A stretch of DNA of 64,000 nucleotides. Source: Acidobacteriota bacterium. Its GTDB lineage: Bacteria; Acidobacteriota; Vicinamibacteria; Vicinamibacterales; UBA2999. The stretch is from assembly GCA_046732795.1 (NCBI GenBank), contig JBKPNV010000044.1:4629-68628 (forward strand), in the 5' to 3' direction. A program made the translations under genes and the position numbers. The notes below the pieces were generated by a model that did no database searches, was not told where the DNA came from, and saw only the letters and a list, made by a program, of their open reading frames with translations. Below are positions 44,300-53,267 of the stretch, piece after piece (the first letter of the stretch is position 1; every line of letters starts with the position of its first letter).

Positions 44300-44310
44300 T
44301 GAGTTCCTGC

Positions 44311-45984
44311 CTATCGCTGCGTGAATTGGGCGGATGCATTTCTCAACTGCGGATTGGCCTGCGCGGGAGCGGGCTGAGCCGGTAGGGCAGGCGCTGGTTG
44401 TTGAATGATTGGATTGCCTCCCGTTGCCGGCAACGCGTTCCCAATCGGGAGATCCGGAAGGAGTGCCACGCGTGCCCGCGCGATCTGGAGATCGCGAGCG
44501 GCGAGCGCGCGATTCGCGCCCGCCTGCTGACGCTGTACTCGCGCGTCAGAGAGTTCGAGCTGCGTCGAGACACCCGATTGATAACGGACGTCGGCAATCT
44601 GATATGCGCGGTCGGCTTGCTGCACCGTTCCCGCCGTCGACTCCCAGGCGGCACGGGCGGCGAGCAGCTCTGCCCAGGCCGAGCGCGTATCGAGCGCGGC
44701 GAGCTCCTCGGCCTGCTTCTGTTGCAGACGCGATTGTTCGAGCTCCTCTCGTGCGACGATCTCATCGCCGCGTTGCCGACCGCCGGTGAGAATCGGCACG
44801 CTCATGCTGACACCCACGGTCCAGTTCGAGCGATCGAACGAAGGGAGGACGTTGTCCGGGTACGCGATCCGAGCGTAGTTGGAATTGAACGACACCGTGG
44901 GCATGCGCTGCGCTTCGGTCAGCTGCAGCGAGGCTTCGCGCGTCCGCACAGTCGCGCTCGCCTGCTCAACGGCCACACGCTCCGGCAGCGACAGGGTTCC
45001 TACGGTCAGCGATGGCGTGTCGCTCGAGCGCAAGGTGTTCTCGACGGCACTCACCCGCTCGACGAATACCGGCGGAGGCGGCAGGTTGTCGTCCGACAGC
45101 GCGTCGGCCAGCTGCAGGTCGGCTTCGGCCGGCAGATCGAGCAGTCGCTTGAGGCGCAGGTACGCCAGCGCACGGTTGACGCGCTGGCGAATGAGGACGG
45201 GTTGCTGCGTGTCCCGATTGACGCGCGCGCGCAAGACTTCGAATTCGGGTTGTGTTCCCGCGTTCAGTCCCGCCTCGACCTGTCGTAACGTCGCGCCTGC
45301 CTGTTCGAGCGTCGCGGCGGCGATGTTGACGAGCTGATCGCTCAGCACAGCGTCGTAGTAGGCCTGCGTCACCTCGAACAGCAATTGCGCCCGCGCGGTC
45401 GTCAGTCCCAACTGCGCAGACTCGCGCCCGACGGCGGCGAGGGAGATCTGCGCGCCGTTGCGGCCACCTGACCACAGGCTCTGGGAAAACGACAGAGACG
45501 CGCGCCAGGTGTTGCGCCGGCCGAATGGCAAATTCTCGAGGCCATCAATCCCGCCTGACCCGAAGGATCCGCCGCCAACGGCTCCGCAATCGATCGCGCG
45601 CTCGAGTTCAGCGACCCGCGCGTCGAGGGCAGCCTGCGGATTGAGCGCGAACGGCGGACACGCCGATCCGGTCGCACCAGTGTTGAACACATTGTCGAAT
45701 TCAGATGCGAGCGAACGGTCGTAGCTGGCGGCGGCAGACAGCTGTGGAAGCAGTCCGCTGCGTGCGCGAATCTGATCGGCTTCAGCCCGCCGCACGGCGG
45801 CGGCGGCGATCGATATGCCCTCGCTTCTAGGCTCGGCCAGCGACAACACCTGTTCGAGCGTCAGCGGTCCGGGTGGAACAGCGGCGGCCTCGCGAGTCTG
45901 CGCGCGTGCCGGAAGCGGAATCACGAGCGACAACAGCCACACGGCGGCCATCATCTGCGGCGTGGTACATCGTCTATAAGGCAT
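44311..45984 (-). CDS. TolC-family outer membrane efflux protein
   Basis: Duplicated alpha-helical/beta-barrel TolC repeat pattern with a signal peptide. It lies first in the efflux operon. Confidence 0.9.
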   Translation of the reverse strand: MPYRRCTTPQMMAAVWLLSLVIPLPARAQTREAAAVPPGPLTLEQVLSLAEPRSEGISIAAAAVRRAEADQIRARSGLLPQLSAAASYDRSLASEFDNVFNTGATGSACPPFALNPQAALDARVAELERAIDCGAVGGGSFGSGGIDGLENLPFGRRNTWRASLSFSQSLWSGGRNGAQISLAAVGRESAQLGLTTARAQLLFEVTQAYYDAVLSDQLVNIAAATLEQAGATLRQVEAGLNAGTQPEFEVLRARVNRDTQQPVLIRQRVNRALAYLRLKRLLDLPAEADLQLADALSDDNLPPPPVFVERVSAVENTLRSSDTPSLTVGTLSLPERVAVEQASATVRTREASLQLTEAQRMPTVSFNSNYARIAYPDNVLPSFDRSNWTVGVSMSVPILTGGRQRGDEIVAREELEQSRLQQKQAEELAALDTRSAWAELLAARAAWESTAGTVQQADRAYQIADVRYQSGVSTQLELSDARVQRQQAGANRALAARDLQIARARVALLPDLPIGNALPATGGNPIIQQPAPALPAQPAPAQANPQLRNASAQFTQR

Positions 45985-46062
45985 GTGTCTGAGAGTCCTC
46001 TGGTGTGCAGCCGTGCACTGTTTTTGGACGACGGCCTCGGCTGGCCCGTTCCGTCCAGACCG

Positions 46063-46611
46063 TCAGGTACGCAGGATCTGCGCCGGCGGCGGCGCGACTC
46101 GCCGGGGTCGGCGGGTGCGAGTCTTGCGCTGCACTGCCGGACGCTGAGTCTGGAGCCAGGCCACGTGATCAGCGGCCAGGGCAAGGGCCCTGGTCAGGTA
46201 CTCGACAACCAGCGTCAGTTGACGATCGTCGTACTGCTCGTGCAGTCGGGCCGTGCTTTCGGCCAATCGCCGGTATAACCCCGCGATCTGTCGAAAGTTT
46301 CCTGACAGCGCCTCGACGCGGACACATCGGCGATCGTCGGGATCGCGATGGCGCCGGGCAAAGCCCGCACGCTCGAGGCGATCGATGACTGCCGTCATGG
46401 CGCCGGTCGTAAGCCCGACGTGTTCCGCAAGCCGCCCGGCGGTGGTCGGACCGGCGATCTCGAGCAGATCGAGGCACTCGAGATCAGTCGAGTTCAAGCC
46501 GACGATCTTTGCCACCGTATCACTCAACAACACCGATTGGGCGCTGACCCTGCGCAACGTCTCATCGAGCTGCCTGAGCAGGTCGACACGAGCTTGTGAT
46601 GTCCTGGCCAT
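46063..46611 (-). CDS. MarR-family transcriptional regulator
   Basis: The winged HTH is GPTTAGRLAEHVGLTTGAMTAVIDRLERAGFARRHRDPDDRRCVRV. Confidence 0.9.
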   Translation of the reverse strand: MARTSQARVDLLRQLDETLRRVSAQSVLLSDTVAKIVGLNSTDLECLDLLEIAGPTTAGRLAEHVGLTTGAMTAVIDRLERAGFARRHRDPDDRRCVRVEALSGNFRQIAGLYRRLAESTARLHEQYDDRQLTLVVEYLTRALALAADHVAWLQTQRPAVQRKTRTRRPRRVAPPPAQILRT

Positions 46612-46625
46612 ATCACTTATTTACA

Positions 46626-46650
46626 AAGTATCTCAAACATCAAGATACTT
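46626..46650. promoter_or_regulatory. Candidate MarR operator
   Basis: AAGTATCT-caaacatca-AGATACTT is an 8-bp perfect inverted repeat. It lies 15 nt upstream of the marR start in the divergent intergenic region. Confidence 0.45.
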
Positions 46651-46695
46651 GCTTCAAGAGCGGTCATTGGTGTAGGCCCAACTGACGCAAACTTC

Positions 46696-46721
46696 GTCCG
46701 AGTCCCGAGTCCCGAGTCCCG
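46696..46721. repeat. Heptanucleotide microsatellite (AGTCCCG x3 plus partial copy)
   Basis: agtcccg occurs at 46701, 46708 and 46715, preceded by gtccg. Confidence 0.6.
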
Positions 46722-46748
46722 CATTAGAATCTCGCGCGGAGGACCTTC

Positions 46749-47756
46749 ATGCGCCCAGCGCTCACGACTCTGGCGGTTGCGACCGCTCTCCTCACTGCTT
46801 CCTTTACGGCTCGCGTGAGCGGTTCGACCGGACCCATCCCCCTCAATTGCAATCGCGCCTGCCTCGAGGGCCTGATCGATCAGTACCTCGCGGCCGTTGT
46901 CGCTCACGATTCCTCCAAGCTGCCGTTGTCGGAGGACGTCAAATACAGCGAGAACTATCAGATGCTCAAGGTCGGCGACGGGTTCTGGAAGACCGCGAGC
47001 GGCACCGGGAACTACCGACACATCTTCGCCGACCCGGAGTTCGGGCAGGTCGCGATGATGGGGACGATGCGCGAAGCGAACACGGCAATCCTCATGAGCC
47101 TGCGCCTGCGCGTCGAACTCGGTCGCATCACCGAGATCGAGTCGGTGTACTTCAAGCCGGGAGGCGGAGGACCGAACAACATCGACGCCATGGACAAGAG
47201 CGGCAAGCCGGAAGAAATCTGGTTCAAATCGATCCCTCCGGCGCAGCGGCTGTCACGACAGGAGATGATCGCGGTCGCCGATGGTTACTTCACCGGGCTG
47301 CAGAAGAATGACGGCAAGGGCATCAACGGTACGGGCACCTACCCGTTCACGAACGATTGCCATCGAATCGAGAACGGAGCGCCGACGACCAACGTGCCGC
47401 GGCCGCCTAACGAAAAACCGGGCACCATCAACTTGTTTGCCATGGATTGCCTCTCACAATTCAAGATGGGCCTCTATTACGTCGTGCAGAGCATCCACGG
47501 GCGGCGTTACCCGCTGGTCGATGCCGAACGCGGTGTGGTCTGGGCGCACGTGGTGTTCGACCAGGGCACGGTCAATCAAGGCGTCCTGTCCGATGGCACC
47601 AGACACAGCTATCCTGGGTTCAACCGGCCCAGCAGCATTCTGGTGACCGAGGCGTTCCTCATCGAGAACGGGAAGATCCGCCGCGTGGAGATGATCGGAC
47701 CGTCGGCTACCTACCACATGAACTCGCCGTGGCCCGGCGGTTTGAGCGGGAATTGA
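46749..47756 (+). CDS. Hypothetical exported protein
   Basis: 335-aa ORF with GGAGG upstream and the signal peptide MRPALTTLAVATALLTASFTA. No family recognised with confidence. Confidence 0.55.
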   Translation: MRPALTTLAVATALLTASFTARVSGSTGPIPLNCNRACLEGLIDQYLAAVVAHDSSKLPLSEDVKYSENYQMLKVGDGFWKTASGTGNYRHIFADPEFGQVAMMGTMREANTAILMSLRLRVELGRITEIESVYFKPGGGGPNNIDAMDKSGKPEEIWFKSIPPAQRLSRQEMIAVADGYFTGLQKNDGKGINGTGTYPFTNDCHRIENGAPTTNVPRPPNEKPGTINLFAMDCLSQFKMGLYYVVQSIHGRRYPLVDAERGVVWAHVVFDQGTVNQGVLSDGTRHSYPGFNRPSSILVTEAFLIENGKIRRVEMIGPSATYHMNSPWPGGLSGN

Positions 47757-47758
47757 GC

Positions 47759-47813
47759 GGTCCGGCTAAAGCCGGACACTATGTCTAGTCCGGCCGAAGC
47801 CGGGCACTACGTC
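47759..47813. repeat. Two REP-like elements (family 1)
   Basis: The copies are ggtccggctaaagccggacactatgtc and tagtccggccgaagccgggcactacgtc. Confidence 0.75.
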
Positions 47814-47919
47814 TGAATACCCAAATCAAGGTAGACCGGCCTGCCAATCGCGAAATGGGGTTTCGCGTTCGTCTGCCGCTCGGTCATACTCGACGAATCC
47901 ACGGCCGGAAGCGATCGCC

Positions 47920-50334
47920 GTGCGGGGGACCGTGAAGAGAACGATCGTCGGAATCAGCGCGCTCGGCGTTCTTGTGTGCTGTACCTGGTCGACCGCCGCA
48001 CAGCAACCTGCTCGAAGCGCGTCGGCAAGACCCATCGCTGCAGCTGCAGCCTACCAGGCGACCTTGCAGCAATACTGTGTCACCTGTCACAACAACAGGC
48101 TGAAGTCAGGCAACCTGGCGATCGATCAACTCGATATCCATAACCTCAGTGAGGACGCCGAGTCGTGGGAGAAAGTGGTGCGCAAGCTGCGCGTCGGCGC
48201 CATGCCGCCTCGCGGCGCGCGGCGCCCTGACGCGACGACGGCAAACGCCCTCATCACGTGGCTCGAAGGCGAGCTCGATCGTGCCGGCACGGCCAATCCC
48301 GGCCGGCCGACGCTTCGCAGGCTCAATCGAGCGGAGTATGCGAACGCCATTCGCGATCTGCTCTCGCTCGACGTCGACGTCACCTCACTATTGCCGCCCG
48401 ACGGCGCGGCATTCGGTTTCGACAACGTCGCCGATGCGCAAGGCAGTTCGCCGGCACTCCTGCAAGCGTATCTTGCGGCCGCACGCAAGATCAGCGCGGT
48501 CGCGGTCGGTGACTCGCGGATCGGTGTCGGCAGCGACACGTACACCGCCCGCCAGGATTTGTCACAGGACGTGCACCTCGAGGGGCTACCCCTCGGCACT
48601 GTCGGCGGCCTGCGGGCGACACACACGTTTCCTTTGGATGCCGAGTACGAATTTCAAGTTCGTCTCTATCGCACGAACCTGAGCGCGATGCGAGGCCTGG
48701 AAGATCCACAGGAGGTCGAGCTCACGGTCGATGGCGAACGGATCCTTTCGGCGTCGATCGGTGGCGACAAGGATCTGATCGCGCTTCAAACGAACCCGAC
48801 AGATACGTCGGACGGAATTGAAGCGACACGGCTGCGCGTCCGGCGCTTCGTCAAGGCGGGCCAGCGGGACGTCGCCGCCGCGTTCATCGAAAAGACGTCG
48901 CCAACGTTCGAGACGCACCGCTTGCAGCGATTCGTTCGCGACTTCGCGAATCCGTTCGACGCCGAGGGTGCACCCCACGTCCTGTCCATCGCCATCCAGG
49001 GGCCGTTCGACGCCAAGGGGGCCGAGAAGCCACCCAGCTCACGTGTCTTCACCTGCACGCCGGCCGGCGCAGCGGGGGAGACGAGCTGCGCGAGGCGCAT
49101 TCTCTCGGCCCTCGCCACCCAGGCGTACCGGCGTCCGGTGTCGAGCGCAGAAGTCACTGACCTCATGTCGTCGTACGACCAGGGACGCACGGACGGCTCG
49201 TTCAAGACCGGCGTGCAATTCGGGTTGCGTCGCATCCTCGCCAGCCCGTCGTTCGTATTTCGTCCGGAAGCCGAGCCCGCGACGCTCGCGCCCGGAACCG
49301 CCTACCGCGTAAGCGATCTCGAGCTGGCGTCGCGGCTGTCGTTCTTTCTGTGGAGTACCCTCCCCGACGACGAACTCATGCGGGTCGCGCGCGAAGGACG
49401 GCTCAATCAGCCGGCGACGCTGCGCGGCGAGATGCGCCGCATGCTCGCGGACCCACGGTCATCTGCCTTCGTCAACAACTTCGCCGGTCAGTGGCTCCAC
49501 CTGCGTAACCTGCGCAGCATCACGCCCAATTCAGATCTGTTCCCCGACTTCGACGACAACCTGCGTCAGGCGTTCCGGCGCGAAGCCGAGCTCTTTTTCG
49601 AGAGCGTGCTGCAGGAGAACCGCAGCGTCCTCGACCTGATGACCGCCGACTACACCTTCGTCAACGAGCGGCTGGCGCGGCAGTACGGCATCGACAATGT
49701 CTTCGGCAGCGGGTTCCGCCGCGTGCAGTTGAAGGATCCGGCGCGATTCGGCCTGCTCGGCAAGGGAGCCGTGCTGCTGGCGACTTCCCACCCTACGACG
49801 ACGTCGCCGGTCCTGCGTGGCAAATGGGTGCTCGAGAACATCATCGGTACTCCGCCGCCGGCGCCGCCGGCCGACCTGGATACGGCCCTCAAGACCGACC
49901 CGCCGGGGAGCGCACCCAAGACGATGCGGGCGCAGATGGAGCGGCACCGGACCAATCCAGTCTGCGCGAACTGCCATCAGACAATGGACCCGATTGGCTT
50001 TGCGCTCGAAAACTTCGACGTGGTCGGCACGTGGCGTACGGAGGATCGGTCAGGCCTGTCGCTCGATACCGCGGATATCCTGACCGATGGCACGCCTATC
50101 AGTGGTGTGGCGTCGCTCCGGCAGGCGCTGCTGCGGCGGCCCGACGTCTTCGTGCAGACGCTGACAGAAAAACTGCTCATCTATGCACTCGGCCGCGGCC
50201 TCACCGCAGAGGACATGCCGATTGTTCGAAAGATCGTGCGTGACGCGGCACAACAGCAGTATCGTTTCTCAGCCCTCCTGGACGGGATCGTCGCGAGCGC
50301 GCCCTTCCAGATGCGGCAGAAGGTGGCTAGGTAG
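47920..50334 (+). CDS. DUF1592/DUF1595/DUF1587/DUF1588/DUF1585-type multidomain cytochrome c protein
   Basis: Contains CVTCHNNRLKSGNLAID and the second haem motif NPVCANCHQTMDPIGFALENFD. The likely true start is GTG 47932 (MKRTIVGISALGVLVCC...). Confidence 0.85.
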   Translation: MRGTVKRTIVGISALGVLVCCTWSTAAQQPARSASARPIAAAAAYQATLQQYCVTCHNNRLKSGNLAIDQLDIHNLSEDAESWEKVVRKLRVGAMPPRGARRPDATTANALITWLEGELDRAGTANPGRPTLRRLNRAEYANAIRDLLSLDVDVTSLLPPDGAAFGFDNVADAQGSSPALLQAYLAAARKISAVAVGDSRIGVGSDTYTARQDLSQDVHLEGLPLGTVGGLRATHTFPLDAEYEFQVRLYRTNLSAMRGLEDPQEVELTVDGERILSASIGGDKDLIALQTNPTDTSDGIEATRLRVRRFVKAGQRDVAAAFIEKTSPTFETHRLQRFVRDFANPFDAEGAPHVLSIAIQGPFDAKGAEKPPSSRVFTCTPAGAAGETSCARRILSALATQAYRRPVSSAEVTDLMSSYDQGRTDGSFKTGVQFGLRRILASPSFVFRPEAEPATLAPGTAYRVSDLELASRLSFFLWSTLPDDELMRVAREGRLNQPATLRGEMRRMLADPRSSAFVNNFAGQWLHLRNLRSITPNSDLFPDFDDNLRQAFRREAELFFESVLQENRSVLDLMTADYTFVNERLARQYGIDNVFGSGFRRVQLKDPARFGLLGKGAVLLATSHPTTTSPVLRGKWVLENIIGTPPPAPPADLDTALKTDPPGSAPKTMRAQMERHRTNPVCANCHQTMDPIGFALENFDVVGTWRTEDRSGLSLDTADILTDGTPISGVASLRQALLRRPDVFVQTLTEKLLIYALGRGLTAEDMPIVRKIVRDAAQQQYRFSALLDGIVASAPFQMRQKVAR

Positions 50335-50344
50335 GAGATCGCAC

Positions 50345-51661
50345 ATGTTCCTCACCAAGAGTGCGTTGCCCAGACGGACGTTCCTGCGCGGGATCGGCGC
50401 AACCGTCGCGCTGCCGTTTCTCGATGCAATGGTTCCAGCGGCCACAGCGCTGGCACAGACGCCCGGCGCACGGCCGTCGAGGGTCGGATTCATCTACGTG
50501 CCACACGGCGCGGACATGAGTTCATGGACGCCGACATCAGCGGGCACGCAATTCGAGCTCTCGCCCACACTGCAGACCCTCGCCCCCTTCAAAGAACAGA
50601 TGGTCGTGGTCAGCAACCTGCAGCGCGCCGGCGGACAGGCCGGAATGCATGCGGCGGCTGCCAGCGGCTGGCTGAGCGGCGCGATTCCCAAGCGCACCGA
50701 AGCCGAAGATTTCGAGTGCGGCACGACGATCGATCAGGTGGTCGCCAGGAAGATCGGTCAGTCGTCGCCATTTCCGTCGCTGGAATTCGCAACCGAGGAC
50801 TTCACCGGGTACGTCGGCGGTTGCACGCCCGGCTACAGCTGCGCCTACCACGATTCGATTTCATGGGCCACGCCAACCACGCCGCTCCCGATGGAGATCA
50901 ATCCGCGCGTGGCGTTCGAGCGCCTCTTCGGCGACGGTGGCTCCGAGGCGGAACGTCAGAGCAAGCTGCGCGAAGAGCGCAGCATTCTCGACGGCGTCCT
51001 CAACGACATGCGCGCGCTGCAGTCACGCCTTGGCGCGCACGATCGCGCGCGTGTGGCCAATTACCTGGATGACATCCGCGAAATCGAGCGCCGGATTCAA
51101 CGGAGCGAGGCTCAGCAGCGGGCGGATGTGACGATGGTCAAGCCGCTCGGCATACCGGAGACCTTCGACGCCCACAGCGCGCTGATGACCGACTTGATTG
51201 CCGTAGCCCTGCAGGCGGAGCTCACGCGCGTCTTCACATTCATGATGTCGCGCGAAGGCAGTCAGCGAACCTTCTCGCAGATCGGGATCAGCGATCCGTG
51301 GCACGTCACCTCGCACCATGGCGACAAGCCCGAGAAGGTAGCGGCCAACGCGAAGATCAACGTCTTCTGCCTGCAGATGTACGCGCGCCTGCTGGAAAAG
51401 CTGCGCGCGACGCCCGACGGCGACGGCACGCTGCTCGATCGCTCATTGATCTTCTTCGGCAGCGGCATGGCCAACTCCAACGTGCACGCGACCGATCCGC
51501 TGCCCATGGTCGCCGTCGGCGGCGGCACCGGCAGAGGCAACCGTCACGTCGTCCTGCCGAAGAACACACCGCTTGGCAACCTGTGGCTGACGGTGGCCAA
51601 TCACTTCGACAGTCCGATGAGCAAGTTCGGAGAGAGCACAGGTACTGCGGAATTCTTCTGA
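50345..51661 (+). CDS. DUF1552-domain protein with twin-arginine signal
   Basis: Internal ATG at 50345 gives MFLTKSALPRRTFLRGIGATVALPFLDAM. Also contains WHVTSHHGD. Confidence 0.85.
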   Translation: MFLTKSALPRRTFLRGIGATVALPFLDAMVPAATALAQTPGARPSRVGFIYVPHGADMSSWTPTSAGTQFELSPTLQTLAPFKEQMVVVSNLQRAGGQAGMHAAAASGWLSGAIPKRTEAEDFECGTTIDQVVARKIGQSSPFPSLEFATEDFTGYVGGCTPGYSCAYHDSISWATPTTPLPMEINPRVAFERLFGDGGSEAERQSKLREERSILDGVLNDMRALQSRLGAHDRARVANYLDDIREIERRIQRSEAQQRADVTMVKPLGIPETFDAHSALMTDLIAVALQAELTRVFTFMMSREGSQRTFSQIGISDPWHVTSHHGDKPEKVAANAKINVFCLQMYARLLEKLRATPDGDGTLLDRSLIFFGSGMANSNVHATDPLPMVAVGGGTGRGNRHVVLPKNTPLGNLWLTVANHFDSPMSKFGESTGTAEFF

Positions 51662-53151
51662 TGCGCTGGGTCGCTTCACTCATCATCCTGGCGATAGCTC
51701 TGCCTGCGCGCGCTGCGGGGCTGGAACCGGAAGTCGTTGCCGCGGTCAAGGCCGGCAACGCTGCATCCGTGCGCACGCTGATCGCACGCAAAGCTGACGT
51801 CAACGCGACCGAGGTCGACGGGACGAGCGCGCTGCATTGGGCGGTTCGCGCCGGCGATGTGTCGAGCGCAGAACTGCTGATTCGGGCGGGCGCGCGAGTC
51901 GATGCGGCGAACCGGTACGGCGTCACCCCGCTGTCGCTGGCGGCGCGCATCGGACGCGCGGACCTCATCGACCTCCTGCTGAAATCCGGCGCGAGCGTCA
52001 AAAGCGCCGAGGCCACGCTTCCCGAAGGGCAGACGCTCGTCATGCACGCGGCGAGAACGGGCAGCGTCGACGCCGTGAAGCGCCTGATCGCGGCCGGCTC
52101 GGACGTGAACGCGCACGAGACGCGCACCGGGACGACCGCGCTGGTGTGGGCGGCCGTCAGCAACCGGGCGGATGCCGTCCGTGCCCTCGCTGAGGCCGGA
52201 GCCGACGCGAACATCCAGTCCACGGTCACCCGCTATCCGCACACGCAGAATGGCGTGCTGCTCTCGGGCGTCGAAGAAGGCGTCTCGTATGTCGGGCAGA
52301 CGGTGCTGCCACGCGGCGGCTGGTCCGCCGTGATGTACGCGGCGCGCGAAGGCGCCGTCGACGCGGCGCACGCGCTGGCCGACGCTGGCGCGAATCTCGA
52401 CCTGCAGGACCCGGAGGGCACGACCGCCCTCATCATCGCCATCATCAACGCGCACTGGGAAACTGCGTCGGTTCTCATCGCGAAAGGCGCGGACCTGAAC
52501 CTGGCCGACATCAAGGGCATGACGCCGCTGTACGCCGCCATCGACATGCATACGCTGGGCGATACCTTCGGCCGGCCGTATCCGCCCGCGCCCGTCATCG
52601 AGGGCAGCATCGGCATCATCAAAATGCTTCTTGCGAAAGGAGCCAGTCCCAATGCGCGCTTGAACGGACCGATCCTCAAGCGTGTCTACGACGCGGGAGA
52701 CAACAGGCTCGGCGAAGGCTCGACGCCCTTCATGCGTGCGGCGCGCAAGTGCGACGCGACCGTCATGCAGTTACTGCTCGACGCCGGTGCCGATGCGAAA
52801 CTGACGCAGAAAAGCGGGAACAATGCACTCATGCTCGCGGCTGGAGCGGTGAGCTCCGGTGGGGACGAGAGCCAGCATATCTCGGAAGAACAGGCGCTCG
52901 CCGCGATCGAGATTGGCATTGCGGCGGGAATGGATGTCAACGAGACCAACGCCAACGGCGACACGGCCCTGCACACTGCCGCGACGACCGGTAGCGGACT
53001 TCATTCTGTGATTCGACTGCTGGTTCAGTCAGGCGCCCGCCTCGACATCACGAACAAAGCCGGGCGCACACCGCTCGAGGCTGCTCAACGCGCGCGCCAG
53101 CCTGACGAAGCCACGATCGCGCTGCTTCGCGAGTTGACCGGCTCAAAGTAA
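51661..53151 (+). CDS. Exported ankyrin-repeat protein
   Basis: The ATG overlaps the DUF1552 stop (TGATG). Signal peptide MRWVASLIILAIALPARAAG. Multiple ANK units are present (TALHWAVRAGDVSSAELLIRAGARVDAAN, GVTPLSLAA...). Confidence 0.85.
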   Translation: MRWVASLIILAIALPARAAGLEPEVVAAVKAGNAASVRTLIARKADVNATEVDGTSALHWAVRAGDVSSAELLIRAGARVDAANRYGVTPLSLAARIGRADLIDLLLKSGASVKSAEATLPEGQTLVMHAARTGSVDAVKRLIAAGSDVNAHETRTGTTALVWAAVSNRADAVRALAEAGADANIQSTVTRYPHTQNGVLLSGVEEGVSYVGQTVLPRGGWSAVMYAAREGAVDAAHALADAGANLDLQDPEGTTALIIAIINAHWETASVLIAKGADLNLADIKGMTPLYAAIDMHTLGDTFGRPYPPAPVIEGSIGIIKMLLAKGASPNARLNGPILKRVYDAGDNRLGEGSTPFMRAARKCDATVMQLLLDAGADAKLTQKSGNNALMLAAGAVSSGGDESQHISEEQALAAIEIGIAAGMDVNETNANGDTALHTAATTGSGLHSVIRLLVQSGARLDITNKAGRTPLEAAQRARQPDEATIALLRELTGSK

Positions 53152-53161
53152 CTACGGCTAA

Positions 53162-53185
53162 CGCTCTTCGACATGGCGAAGAGCG
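53162..53185. terminator. 9-bp stem hairpin between convergent genes
   Basis: cgctcttcg-acatgg-cgaagagcg, followed by a second GC hairpin gcgggcttcagcccccgc. Confidence 0.4.
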
Positions 53186-53267
53186 CGGGCTTCAGCCCCC
53201 GCATCGCGATAATTGCGCACGCTAACCCTGCGCTGACGCCCACAGGGAAAACACCTGAAGACTCGCG

